From a bacterium (GTDB lineage Bacteria > Hinthialibacterota > Hinthialibacteria > Hinthialibacterales > Hinthialibacteraceae), in NCBI GenBank assembly GCA_963662285.2, contig CAXXMV010000003.1, positions 96,001 through 160,000 of the forward strand: a stretch of DNA of 64,000 nucleotides, in the 5' to 3' direction. Under the pieces are notes generated by a model. That model searched no databases, had not been told where the DNA came from, and was given only the letters and a program-made list of their open reading frames with translations. How positions within the stretch are numbered: position 1 is the first letter of the stretch; every line of letters starts with the position of its first letter. This document shows positions 1 to 9,798 of this stretch, piece after piece. The position numbers and the translations under genes are program-made.

Positions 1-1827
1 TCCAGTTTCGTCGATCAAGTAATCGTCATGCGCATCACGGCTGATCAACCTGGATCGATTCACTGCATCATCACCAAAACCTCTCCCCACTCCAATGGAA
101 CAACCACCAATACCATCAAGGGCAAAACTGGATTAATCATACTCAGCGGTCAATTGCAGGACTACCACAAAGATCGTGAAAAACTGACGAAACCAAGCAT
201 ATTGCGCTTCGAGTCGCAGCTTCGCATCGAATCGCCTGATGGTGAAATCTACAAACTGGGACAAGGCATCGAAATCAAACAAGCCTCAGAAATCATCCTC
301 AAATTATGCGCCGCCACCAGTTATAAGAATTTCCGCGACATCGGCAATGATCCCGCCAAAATATGCGCTCAAACTATATCTCAAACAGCCGATAAATCCT
401 ATCAAGAATTGAAAGATAGGCACATCGCTGATTACCAGAACCTGTTTAACCGCGTAGCAATCAACCTGGGCGATTCCGAAGCATCAAAACTGCCCACCGA
501 TCAACGCATTGCAGACTTCACCAAAAACAATGATCCCGAATTGCTCGAAATATATTTCCAATATGCGCGTTATCTTCTCATCTCCAGTTCACGTCCCGGC
601 AGCCAACCAGCCAACCTTCAGGGAATCTGGAACTATCAAATCCAACCTCCCTGGGATAGTAAATGGACCACTAACATCAACACCGAAATGAACTACTGGC
701 CAGCGGAAATGTGCAACCTCTCTGAATGCCACCAAGCCCTCTACGACATGATTGATGACCTGACCATCACCGGCGCTAAAGTCGCCCGCGAACATTATGG
801 ATGCCGGGGCTGGGTGCTTCATCATAACACCGATATCTGGCGCGGGGCCGCCCCCATCAACGCCGCCAATCACGGCATCTGGATGACCGGCGGCGCATGG
901 CTTTGCCAACACCTCTGGTGGGGATACGAGTTCACTCAGGATAAGGAATTCCTCAAAAACCGCGCATATCCTGTCATGAAGCAAGCCGCATTATTCTTCG
1001 TCGATTTCCTCGTAGAAGATCCCCGCTCAGGCTTCCTCATCAGCGCCCCTTCCAATTCACCTGAAAACGGAGGTTTAGCGGCCGGACCAACTATGGATCA
1101 TCAAATCATCCGCAACCTGTTCGCCAACTGCATCACGGCCAGTGAAACGCTTGGAGTTGACAAAGCCTTCCGCAATAAACTAACCAAATTACGCCAAAAA
1201 ATAGCGCCCAACAAAATCGGGCAATATGGTCAACTCCAGGAATGGTTAGAAGACAAAGACGATCCCAAAAACCAACACCGCCACGTTTCCCATCTCTGGG
1301 GTCTGCATCCCGGTAATGAAATCACACCGCTAAAAACGCCTGACTTGGCTGAGGCCTGCAAAGTAACCCTATCCCATCGAGGCGATGGTGGAACAGGTTG
1401 GAGCAAAGCGTGGAAAGTCAACTTCTGGGCGCGGCTGCACGAAGGCGCCCATTCCTATAAAATGCTCAGCGAACTGATCGACAAAAGCACTCTGCCCAAC
1501 ATGTTCGATTCCCACCCGCCATTTCAGATCGACGGCAATTTCGGCGGAACGTCGGGCATAACCGAAATGCTTCTACAAAGCCACGACGGCCAGATTCATC
1601 TACTTCCAGCCCTACCCGACGCTCTCGCCCAGGGATCAGTATCAGGCCTATGCGCACGGGGAGGATTCGAAATCGACCTAACCTGGAAAAACGGCGCCTT
1701 AGAATCAGCAGCCATCCTATCCAAAGCAGGACAACCATTAATCCTGCGCTATAAAGACAAAGTAATAAAAATGAAAACTCAAAGCAACCAGACATACATT
1801 TTCGATCAAAACCTAAAAAGACAATAA
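1..1827 (+). CDS. Glycoside hydrolase family 95 alpha-L-fucosidase, 5'-truncated by the window edge
   Basis: GH95 motifs QYARYLLISSSRPGSQPANLQGIWN, TNINTEMNYW, HRHVSHLWGLHPG and HPPFQIDGNFG; the frame is open back to base 1. Confidence 0.93.
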   Translation, partial: SSFVDQVIVMRITADQPGSIHCIITKTSPHSNGTTTNTIKGKTGLIILSGQLQDYHKDREKLTKPSILRFESQLRIESPDGEIYKLGQGIEIKQASEIILKLCAATSYKNFRDIGNDPAKICAQTISQTADKSYQELKDRHIADYQNLFNRVAINLGDSEASKLPTDQRIADFTKNNDPELLEIYFQYARYLLISSSRPGSQPANLQGIWNYQIQPPWDSKWTTNINTEMNYWPAEMCNLSECHQALYDMIDDLTITGAKVAREHYGCRGWVLHHNTDIWRGAAPINAANHGIWMTGGAWLCQHLWWGYEFTQDKEFLKNRAYPVMKQAALFFVDFLVEDPRSGFLISAPSNSPENGGLAAGPTMDHQIIRNLFANCITASETLGVDKAFRNKLTKLRQKIAPNKIGQYGQLQEWLEDKDDPKNQHRHVSHLWGLHPGNEITPLKTPDLAEACKVTLSHRGDGGTGWSKAWKVNFWARLHEGAHSYKMLSELIDKSTLPNMFDSHPPFQIDGNFGGTSGITEMLLQSHDGQIHLLPALPDALAQGSVSGLCARGGFEIDLTWKNGALESAAILSKAGQPLILRYKDKVIKMKTQSNQTYIFDQNLKRQ

Positions 1828-1858
1828 ACTCTGAACAAGAAAAAATGAAAGCCTGTAC

Positions 1859-1902
1859 AAAAAGAACGCCCGGACTTCAAAAAAAATCCGGGCGTTCTTT
1901 TC
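1859..1902. terminator. Bidirectional intrinsic terminator
   Basis: AAAAAGAACGCCCGGA / TCCGGGCGTTCTTTTT inverted repeat between convergent genes. Confidence 0.8.
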
Positions 1903-1917
1903 ATAGTTTGTATATGC

Positions 1918-2847
1918 CTAATGCATCTCCGTACTGCACTCGCCAATCCCGCCGCGATAGAAGTTAAACTGCACATTAGGATGATCAGCCAATAAAGACA
2001 TCGGCACTGCGCTATCAGCAATCCCCTTACCGATCATCAGCGTGGTCAAACGCATTCCGAAGGGGTTGTCGTGCGTCCCGGCCTGCCAGATAGAAACCTT
2101 CTCCGCCTGCCAGGTCTGCACTGGACCAACCGTAACCGCCTGCATAGGAACTCCGGTAACCACTCCACCGCCGCTAGTGCGGGCGTTCTGCATACAAGTT
2201 ACGGGATGCAGGTCAACGATGCGGGTGGCCAGTTTTCTATACTCCTCCGGCGCAGGCGGCTGGTCTTTATAATCACTATCTCTTCTCAGTGGATCATTAA
2301 ACGCCCAATGCTTGATATCGCCCTGTCCGCCCTGCATGACGGCGCAACGTACGCCATCCCAGCTCTTGATATATTCACTGACATCCGCTTTGGGAAAATG
2401 CAGGTTAACATCAGGCATACATAGTTTCTTATTGATTCTATCAAAGCAAAGCTCGCGATCAGCTTTTTCAAACGACAATGGATGAGTTACATCAACCGCC
2501 TTACCATCTTCGATCCATTCGTCCATGCCCCAGAAATGCGCGTCGCCCAGATTTAGTTCTAACTCATTGACTAACCGCGCAACCAATGGCAATTGTTCAG
2601 TCGGACCGATGGGGCCGCAAACTCCTACCGGATTATCCGCCGTAGACTGTTTCCATGCAGTGATATATTCCAACGCTTCAGCCAGATAGAAATCTTCCAG
2701 CGTATCATAGAAAACCACCTTGAATCCATCGCGCGACATCCCCAGCATATCCTCTGGAGTCAGCCGGGCTGCGTCATTCAGGATATCATCTTCCAAAGTG
2801 GTAAAATCCCACCAATCCGGCGCCAACATACTTATTTTTCGAGCCAT
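1918..2847 (-). CDS. Glucosamine-6-phosphate isomerase/deaminase-like protein (NagB/RpiA fold, divergent)
   Basis: [30 protein letters not shown] and [14 protein letters not shown] resemble the NagB family; GGAGG RBS. Confidence 0.75.
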   Translation of the reverse strand: MARKISMLAPDWWDFTTLEDDILNDAARLTPEDMLGMSRDGFKVVFYDTLEDFYLAEALEYITAWKQSTADNPVGVCGPIGPTEQLPLVARLVNELELNLGDAHFWGMDEWIEDGKAVDVTHPLSFEKADRELCFDRINKKLCMPDVNLHFPKADVSEYIKSWDGVRCAVMQGGQGDIKHWAFNDPLRRDSDYKDQPPAPEEYRKLATRIVDLHPVTCMQNARTSGGGVVTGVPMQAVTVGPVQTWQAEKVSIWQAGTHDNPFGMRLTTLMIGKGIADSAVPMSLLADHPNVQFNFYRGGIGECSTEMH

Positions 2848-2897
2848 GTCTTTACCTCCCCTGACTTATATTTTTTTTAATATGTGACGAGACGGGA

Positions 2898-2938
2898 CGG
2901 GCGCCAAGGGCAAGACCGCATTGCGGTCAGCCTTTGAT
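2898..2938 (-). repeat. Family C palindromic extragenic repeat (reverse-orientation copy)
   Basis: Reverse complement of ATCAAgGGCTGACCGCAATGCGGTCTTGCCCTTGGCrCCCG; about 10 full or partial copies in the window. Confidence 0.85.
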
Positions 2939-2992
2939 CAAACCACCTAATATATACAAATCCCGCTATTTATCACTAAACCATCACTATAA

Positions 2993-3745
2993 CTATATAG
3001 TATGACAAGTCCCTACAGGTAATATTTCCTCAAGGATATTGTCTTTCGGATAAGCATGACCTCTATGCTGCCGGAAACCTTCCGCATATTCAACTCCGAT
3101 CATGCCTCCCCGGTTGGCCGACCACTCCTTCATGGAAATTATATACTGATCCACCCCATGATGAGCGCGCAGCCATTCCCGTTGCGATTGATGACAACCC
3201 AGCATCTGCTCTTTTAACTCTATTGAGGTAGTAATGTCAACGCAAAAATCCGGCTGGATCGAATTTCCGAAATGGTCAGTTCCTTCAAGCGGATCCATAT
3301 AATATAGAGCAGGAATCTTATTAATTGGTTTTGCGCCGTTGGTTTCATAATTCCGTATGCCAGCCACAAAACATGCGTTGCGCGTCAAAACCGATGCGCC
3401 TTCATGATCCGCCATATAATCAACCGGAGAAGCGGTTATCACGATATCAGGATTGATATTACGCAGACATTCAGTCACCTTGCGGCGGCTGGCGTCATCA
3501 TCGAATATTTCAAAATCCCTCATTTCGATGCAGGTATAACTGGCGCCCAGCAGATCCGCCGCATGTTTGGCCTCTATCCGGCGTATCTCTGATATCTCGT
3601 CCTGCGATTTATCCGGCGTCCCTTTATCTCCGGGACTCATGGTGGCGATAGCGATATCGTGTCCACGCTGCTTCAGCAAAGTCAAAGTACCAGCGCACAA
3701 AAATTCAACATCATCCGGGTGCGCATGAATAGCAAGTATTTTCAT
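2993..3745 (-). CDS. PIG-L/LmbE family N-acetyl deacetylase
   Basis: AHPDDVE, DYMADH, HQSQ and YAEGF motifs. Confidence 0.9.
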   Translation of the reverse strand: MKILAIHAHPDDVEFLCAGTLTLLKQRGHDIAIATMSPGDKGTPDKSQDEISEIRRIEAKHAADLLGASYTCIEMRDFEIFDDDASRRKVTECLRNINPDIVITASPVDYMADHEGASVLTRNACFVAGIRNYETNGAKPINKIPALYYMDPLEGTDHFGNSIQPDFCVDITTSIELKEQMLGCHQSQREWLRAHHGVDQYIISMKEWSANRGGMIGVEYAEGFRQHRGHAYPKDNILEEILPVGTCHTI

Positions 3746-3757
3746 TAGAGCGCCTTA

Positions 3758-4780
3758 TTAGGATATAACAACCGTCTGGCCGGTATTAGCGGATTCTTCC
3801 GCCGCAAAACAGACTTCCATAACATGAGCGGCGTATTCAATCGGCGTGTCTGAATCAATACCCTTGGTGATGCAATCAACGAAATGATCGATCTCGCCCT
3901 GGAATGGATGATGACTTACATCACCGCTATCCGGCAAAATGGTTGGAATGGTAGAGAATCCAGTTTGTCCCGGCATGATATCTGAATAGAACTGATTATC
4001 TCTAATAGTTCCCTTGGAACCGAAAAGCCGGATGGGAAACATATAAGGCGACTTGCATTCAATCGAGCTGGTAACCTTGCCGATCTTACCATTGTCAAAC
4101 TTGCACATTGAAACAATGGTTGGATCATACTCATAGGTCTTATAATCTTCAGCGGTAGAATGAGTGGAAAAAGCATGAATTTCCTTAACTCGCCCCCCCA
4201 TAAACCAGATCAAGCCATCAAGCGCATGGCATCCCGCCGAAAGCAGCGAGTTGCCCCCGGCTTTCTTGGTCCGGTTCCACTCAAATTGCTTATACCAGGG
4301 GCCGATGCCGTGATAATAATCGACCTCGCCATAATATAAATCTCCCAGGGTATTATTATCGATCAACGAACGGATAATGGAAAACAATGGATTCCATCTC
4401 AAGACAAAACTTACGATAGACTTGGTATTATGTTCTTTAACTGATTTAACCAACTGGTTCATTTCTTCACGCCCCAGCGCGATAGGTTTCTCCAAAACAA
4501 TCTGCGCCCCGCTCTCAATAGCGCATAAGGCATGTTCCACATGTAGATGAGGCGGTGAAGTGATCGAAATAATATCCGGTTTTTCGTTGCGAATCATAGA
4601 TTCAATCGAATCGAAGCACGAAACCGATAAGTCGCACTCATCAGCCTTTTGGGTTGCTTCTTCGGTAGACAAAGAAGCCAATCCGACGATTTCAACATTA
4701 GGGTTATTCTGATAAGCCCGGATATGCTCTCCGGCAACCCAGCCGCAACCAACTAAACCAACACGATATTTTGGCGCCAT
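3758..4780 (-). CDS. Gfo/Idh/MocA family oxidoreductase
   Basis: VGLVGCGWVA Rossmann motif, LEKP and GCHALD; start chosen at ATG 4780 after GAGGA. Confidence 0.9.
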   Translation of the reverse strand: MAPKYRVGLVGCGWVAGEHIRAYQNNPNVEIVGLASLSTEEATQKADECDLSVSCFDSIESMIRNEKPDIISITSPPHLHVEHALCAIESGAQIVLEKPIALGREEMNQLVKSVKEHNTKSIVSFVLRWNPLFSIIRSLIDNNTLGDLYYGEVDYYHGIGPWYKQFEWNRTKKAGGNSLLSAGCHALDGLIWFMGGRVKEIHAFSTHSTAEDYKTYEYDPTIVSMCKFDNGKIGKVTSSIECKSPYMFPIRLFGSKGTIRDNQFYSDIMPGQTGFSTIPTILPDSGDVSHHPFQGEIDHFVDCITKGIDSDTPIEYAAHVMEVCFAAEESANTGQTVVIS

Positions 4781-4908
4781 TTTTCTCATCCTCATTTTTA
4801 TATAATAGAATCAAATATTTTATTTGTGCCGCACTATTACAATACCACATCTCAATAATAAATTAAACACTGATAAAAGCGCTTAACAAAAAACTGTTAA
4901 TTCAATAT

Positions 4909-4999
4909 GTAGGGTGCGCCCCTTGTGGGCGCCCGGAATTTCCAGCCACAAACGATAGATGCTTCTCCTCTCCCACCGGGAGAGGGAAAGGGTGAGGGG
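4909..4999 (+). repeat. Repeat cluster: GTAG-type REP (family A, 4909-4934) plus family D palindrome (4967-4999)
   Basis: GTAGGGTGCGCCCCTTGTGGGCGCCC and CCTCTCCCACCGGGAGAGGGAAAGGGTGAGGGG; both recur in the window. Confidence 0.85.
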
Positions 5000-5025
5000 A
5001 TATGTTCAAACACTTAATTATAAAC

Positions 5026-5054
5026 AAAAAAATGCGCCAGAGGTCATCTGGCGC
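5026..5054 (-). terminator. Intrinsic terminator
   Basis: Minus strand GCGCCAGA-TGACC-TCTGGCGC followed by ATTTTTTT. Confidence 0.8.
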
Positions 5055-5186
5055 CAACGGGGCACAAGGCCCCCAGGGTTGAGGGCGATGAGGGAGGAGT
5101 TCCAATACTACCATGAGGAATGGTGATACTCCTCTCACATCGTGGTTGCTAAATTTGGGTGTTGCTCGCTGCTCTCTTTTTCTTCT

Positions 5187-5501
5187 TTACACCTCGTCCA
5201 GGTCCCGGATTTTGTTGTGCTTTAAGGTTTGTACGTATTCATCGAGTTCCTGTAAGGTCATGTGATGATTAAAATTCACTTTCTGCATTTTAGGCTTGAG
5301 CAACGTATCTTTTCCTGCGAACTGCTTATCTGGATCAATGTCTATATATTGTAGCGCTTGATTCGACTTATTTCTCTTATTCATTTTCTTCCGCCCTGGT
5401 TCCCAGAAATAAACGATAAGCATGGCGGTTATAATCGTTAGGCAGATTAGGATTTTGATGCTTAGTGGTACTGTATATTCCAGGAACCCAATCATCCTCA
5501 T
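5187..5501 (-). CDS. Small hypothetical membrane-anchored protein
   Basis: 104-aa ORF with one hydrophobic helix, lying between a sigma54 promoter and a terminator. Confidence 0.6.
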   Translation of the reverse strand: MRMIGFLEYTVPLSIKILICLTIITAMLIVYFWEPGRKKMNKRNKSNQALQYIDIDPDKQFAGKDTLLKPKMQKVNFNHHMTLQELDEYVQTLKHNKIRDLDEV

Positions 5502-5541
5502 CGCCTTTGCTTCGTTTTGTTTGCTTACGATCTCTCATTAA

Positions 5542-5557
5542 AGCAAAGGCGATGCCA
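5542..5557 (-). promoter_or_regulatory. Sigma54 (-24/-12) promoter
   Basis: TGGCATCGCCTTTGCT: GG-N10-GC in a TGGCA...TTGC context. Confidence 0.7.
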
Positions 5558-5757
5558 ACTTCATTTTAACACACTTAACTAACTGTAATAATTAAACTTA
5601 TGCAATCCTTTCAATATGACAGTCAATTTGAAAGTGTAGAAATATTTGCTCTTTTTTACTACCTACCCGGTAAATAATTCCTTTAATGGCTCTTTCTTAT
5701 CTACCGAAACTATTATTTTTCAAGGTCTTGCAAGTATTTATAAATCCGTACCCGCAA

Positions 5758-8319
5758 TTATTCGTCAGATTCCTCAAATTCTGAAGCAATTTCTTCAGTT
5801 TCTTGGTCATCCACTTCATCTTCAAGCAATTCAGTCTCTTGGTCTTCCACTTCATCCTCAAGCAATTCCGGTTGATATTCGACGCTTTTTTCTTCTTTGG
5901 CTTCCGGCAATTTACCTATTGCGGAAACTTCATCGGACTCTTCTAGCCGTATAATCTTCACGCCTTGAGTATTACGCGAGATGGTTCGTACGCCTTTTAC
6001 GCTGGTCCGGATGGCGACGCCGCCTTTGGTAATAACCATGAACTCATCATCCTCGACGCATTCCAGGATGCCTATGACCTTACCATTGCGTTCTGTAGTC
6101 TGTATATCAATCACGCCTTTTCCGCCCCGGCGAATCTTACGGTATCCATCCACCAGAGTTCGTTTTCCATATCCCTTTTCCGTTACTGTTAATAGACAGG
6201 CGTCAGATTGAGTTACCACCATGCCGACGATTTCATCATCTTCAGCGATTTTCATGCCCACCACGCCTCGGGCGGTGCGTCCCATAGCCCGTACGTCAGA
6301 TTCGATAAACCTGATCGCCATACCGTTCCTGGTCGCCAAAATAACTTCATCGTTGGCGGTTGTCATAAAGACGCTAAGCAACTGATCACCCTCATCAAGG
6401 TTAATAGCATTGATGCCGCCGCGTCTTGGATTAGAGAAGGATTTTAAGTCTGTTTTCTTTACGATACCCTTACGGGTCGACATAAAGAGGTAGCGTTCCC
6501 CATTAAATTCAGCTACAGGCACCATTGCTGTAACGGTTTCGCCTTTATCCAACTGCAATAGATTAACAATCGCCTTGCCTTTGGATTGTCGCCCGACTTG
6601 TGGAATCTCATATACCTTGAGCCAATGAACCCGGCCCCGGTCAGTAAAGAACAGAATGTAATGATGCGTAGAAGCAATATAGAGTTGTTCTACAAAATCC
6701 TCTTCCTTGGTATTCATGGCGGTTATGCCGCGCCCGCCGCGAATCTGACGGCGGTAAGTGGAGGTTGCAATCCGCTTGATATATCCGGTATGAGAAATAG
6801 TAACCACCATGTTCTCTTCGGCGATCAAGTCTTCTATCTCCAGGTCTGATGCGGCGTCTACAATATGAGTCCGGCGTTCATCATTGAACCGCTCTTTGAT
6901 TTTAAGCAGTTCTTCTTTCATGATGCTCATAACAATTTCAGGCGTGGCAAGAATTTTTCTATAGTGTTCAATATCTTTAATTAATTGGTTATATTCCGCT
7001 TCCAGTTTATCCCGTTCCAGTCCGATAAGACGAGCCAACTGCATCTCTAAAATAGCCTTGGCTTGAATTTCAGATAGTTCAAAACGCGCCATCAAACCAG
7101 ACATTGCTTCCGGACGATCCTTGGATTTCCGGATCAACTCGACCACTTCGTCAATATTGTCTACCGCAATGCGCAATCCTTCAACAATATGACAACGAGC
7201 CAGCGCTTTATCCAGATCATACTTGGTTCTGCGCAGAATTACCTCACGCCGGTGATTGATAAAATGACTTATCATTTCCGACAGGGTAAGGTACTGCGGC
7301 CGGTTATCAACTAAAGCCAGAAGAATGATGCCAAAAGTGGACTGCATGCGGGTATGTTTATACAACTGGTTAAGCACAACCTCAGGATTCTCGTTGCGCT
7401 TAAGATCAACTACTATCCGCATTCCTTCACGGTCTGACTCATCACGCAGATCGGATATCCCCTCAATCTTTTTATGGCGCACCAGCATCGCGATCTCTTC
7501 GACCAGGCGGGCTTTGTTAACCATATAAGGAATTTCAGAGACAATAATTGACTCTTTGCCTTGAGGCGACTGTTCTCTCCGGGTCACGGCGCGCATGATG
7601 ACGCGCCCCCGTCCCGTCTTGTAGGCGGAATGAATCCCCTCCCGGCCGCATATATAAGCGCCGGTAGGAAAATCAGGACCTTTGATATGCTTCATCAATC
7701 CTTTTATATTAATATCAGGATTATCGATCATAGCCACAGTCGCATCAATCACTTCCCCCATATTATGCGGGGGAATGTTGGTTGCCATACCTACAGCGAT
7801 GCCCGATGAACCATTAACCAAAAGGTTGGGGTATTCAGCCGGAAGAACCATCGGTTCTTCCAATTGCCCGTCAAAGTTGGGCATATAATTTACAGTGTTC
7901 TTTTCGATATCGGTCAGCAGCATCTCGGTGATGGCGGACATTCGCGCTTCTGTATAACGCATGGCGGCGGCGCGGTCACCATCAATAGAACCAAAGTTCC
8001 CCTGCCCGAATACCAGTGGATAGCGATAAGAGAAGTCTTGAGCCATACGAACCAGCGTATCGTAAATGGCGGAATCGCCATGAGGATGGTATTTACCCAT
8101 CGTCTCACCTACGATACGGGCCGACTTCTTGAAAACTGAGCGATGAGTTAAACCCAGTTCTTTCATTGCGTAAATAACGCGGCGATGCACTGGCTTCAGT
8201 CCATCGCGAACATCGGGCAAAGCTCGTTGCACAATGACCGACATAGCATAACTGATGTACGAAGTGCGCATCTCGTCTTCAATATTAATTGGTTTGATGC
8301 GCTCATTTTGGCCAAACAT
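5758..8319 (-). CDS. gyrA: DNA gyrase subunit A
   Basis: [31 protein letters not shown] active-site Tyr, GyrA-box QIRGGRG and acidic tail; GGAG RBS before ATG 8319. Confidence 0.97.
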   Translation of the reverse strand: MFGQNERIKPINIEDEMRTSYISYAMSVIVQRALPDVRDGLKPVHRRVIYAMKELGLTHRSVFKKSARIVGETMGKYHPHGDSAIYDTLVRMAQDFSYRYPLVFGQGNFGSIDGDRAAAMRYTEARMSAITEMLLTDIEKNTVNYMPNFDGQLEEPMVLPAEYPNLLVNGSSGIAVGMATNIPPHNMGEVIDATVAMIDNPDINIKGLMKHIKGPDFPTGAYICGREGIHSAYKTGRGRVIMRAVTRREQSPQGKESIIVSEIPYMVNKARLVEEIAMLVRHKKIEGISDLRDESDREGMRIVVDLKRNENPEVVLNQLYKHTRMQSTFGIILLALVDNRPQYLTLSEMISHFINHRREVILRRTKYDLDKALARCHIVEGLRIAVDNIDEVVELIRKSKDRPEAMSGLMARFELSEIQAKAILEMQLARLIGLERDKLEAEYNQLIKDIEHYRKILATPEIVMSIMKEELLKIKERFNDERRTHIVDAASDLEIEDLIAEENMVVTISHTGYIKRIATSTYRRQIRGGRGITAMNTKEEDFVEQLYIASTHHYILFFTDRGRVHWLKVYEIPQVGRQSKGKAIVNLLQLDKGETVTAMVPVAEFNGERYLFMSTRKGIVKKTDLKSFSNPRRGGINAINLDEGDQLLSVFMTTANDEVILATRNGMAIRFIESDVRAMGRTARGVVGMKIAEDDEIVGMVVTQSDACLLTVTEKGYGKRTLVDGYRKIRRGGKGVIDIQTTERNGKVIGILECVEDDEFMVITKGGVAIRTSVKGVRTISRNTQGVKIIRLEESDEVSAIGKLPEAKEEKSVEYQPELLEDEVEDQETELLEDEVDDQETEEIASEFEESDE

Positions 8320-8521
8320 AGATATCACTCCACAAATTAGGTCTCAGACCGGAAAAATTATTTATATATAGAAACAGCGGCCCTGGGAAACATCTCTCCG
8401 ACGTACCACTGGATCGTTGGCAGGAATACAGGGTGAGTCCTCAACCAGGGATTCTAAACCGTCAACCCGACACATAATAACCAAACCAGTGCGCGGGAGA
8501 AGACATTACAATAAGCTTTGT

Positions 8522-8550
8522 ATTTTACATTCAAATCATATATATTGCAA
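8522..8550 (-). promoter_or_regulatory. Putative sigma70 promoter for gyrA
   Basis: TTGCAA-N17-TAAAAT on the minus strand, implying a ~200-nt leader. Confidence 0.5.
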
Positions 8551-8738
8551 TAGTTTGCAAATAAAGGTTGCCCCAAAGTAAAAGGAAATTGAAATTCCCA
8601 GATAAAGATATGAAATTCCCCCAATTTTTGCTTTAATACAACATAATTAACATTTATGATTTTTTCGGGACTTTTATAGGATATTTCATTGGAAACTACC
8701 GCTTGTAGAATTATTGAACTTAAAATGAGGTTAGAATA

Positions 8739-9596
8739 ATGACTTTTCGTATAAATCCTTCCCGGTGCTTTTCTTCAATAATTGCAATAACACTGCTATT
8801 TTCTTGTATTTCTTTTCCCGCATCCGCTAAAATCCTGACTAGTTATCAGGATAGCGGCATCAATACCATCAAAATGCATGTTGCAGTTCATAACCTGATT
8901 ACAAGCAGTTCAAGCACCATTCGAACTGATCCTTCCACTGGCAATCCCATAGCGGGGGACGCGCACAATTGGGAAATAATCCTGATCGACGCCGCTAATA
9001 ACCGAACTGTACAAAGAATATTTGACGGAGTAGAAAAACCCGCTTTTGCGGCCAATCCTCAGGCTGAGACTTACTTGATCGGCGATATAATAACATCAAT
9101 AAACCATATCAAAAAACAAGCCTTTATCCAAAAATCAACTCCCGGCGCCATGTCCAGCATATCAATGGTTTACGCAGGCCGGGTGCATGATGGGAATAGT
9201 CTAGCCAAAATCATTTCTGAGGCTAGCAAAACTGGTAAGTTGAATAAACAAAACGGTTTATACAACTTGAAAATTGGCTCTCCCTACTTCACGCCACCCA
9301 AATATAGCCAACCCGTCATTCTGGAACTAAATTCCCATTATCTCCCCAACAAATTAATAGAGCAAAAACGCATCTTTACTTTTGACTGGAAACAAAATCA
9401 ACCTGGAAAACTCTGGTACGTCAATCACACGCAGATGACAATGCAAAATGGCGACTACCACATGAAATATGAGCAATGGATTAAAGAAATAGAGATCAAT
9501 GTTCCTATACTTGATAAAGAATTCGATTTCTCAATCCCCCCGAACTACAAAATTCACGATATGTCAAAACGTTTGCGCTCTCCCTTCTCGAGATGA
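8739..9596 (+). CDS. Hypothetical secreted protein with LolA-like C-terminal signature
   Basis: Signal peptide ending ASA; C-terminal INVPILDKEFDFSIPPNYKIHD. Confidence 0.7.
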   Translation: MTFRINPSRCFSSIIAITLLFSCISFPASAKILTSYQDSGINTIKMHVAVHNLITSSSSTIRTDPSTGNPIAGDAHNWEIILIDAANNRTVQRIFDGVEKPAFAANPQAETYLIGDIITSINHIKKQAFIQKSTPGAMSSISMVYAGRVHDGNSLAKIISEASKTGKLNKQNGLYNLKIGSPYFTPPKYSQPVILELNSHYLPNKLIEQKRIFTFDWKQNQPGKLWYVNHTQMTMQNGDYHMKYEQWIKEIEINVPILDKEFDFSIPPNYKIHDMSKRLRSPFSR

Positions 9597-9798
9597 TAAC
9601 TAGAATTTTCCAATGCATTATGCGCATTCAAATCCAATTTCAAGCCTACAATTATGCATTTTCTTTAACAAGATGCATTCAATCCCTTGCATCACACTTC
9701 ACAAATAGAGTTAAATCCAAGAATATATTATTGAGATATTTAAAATAATTTTTCTCCAAAAATAAATCATCGGTTGATCCGGTTTTAGGAGGCTTAAC

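Noticed and set aside
4902-5138. 78-aa ORF and similar ORFs at 26373-26732, 26633-26908, 31471-31659 and 59172-59378
   Set aside because: They are largely translations of REP, terminator and palindrome sequence and run through terminators or overlap real genes
8390-8506. gyrA-leader rod as SRP or 6S RNA
   Set aside because: It lacks the SRP helix-8 motif and is ~117 nt, short for 6S; kept only as an unknown structured leader
9610-9695. Repeated ATGCATT hexamer/heptamers upstream of fucI
   Set aside because: Short and irregularly spaced in AT-rich DNA; cannot be told apart from chance without comparative data
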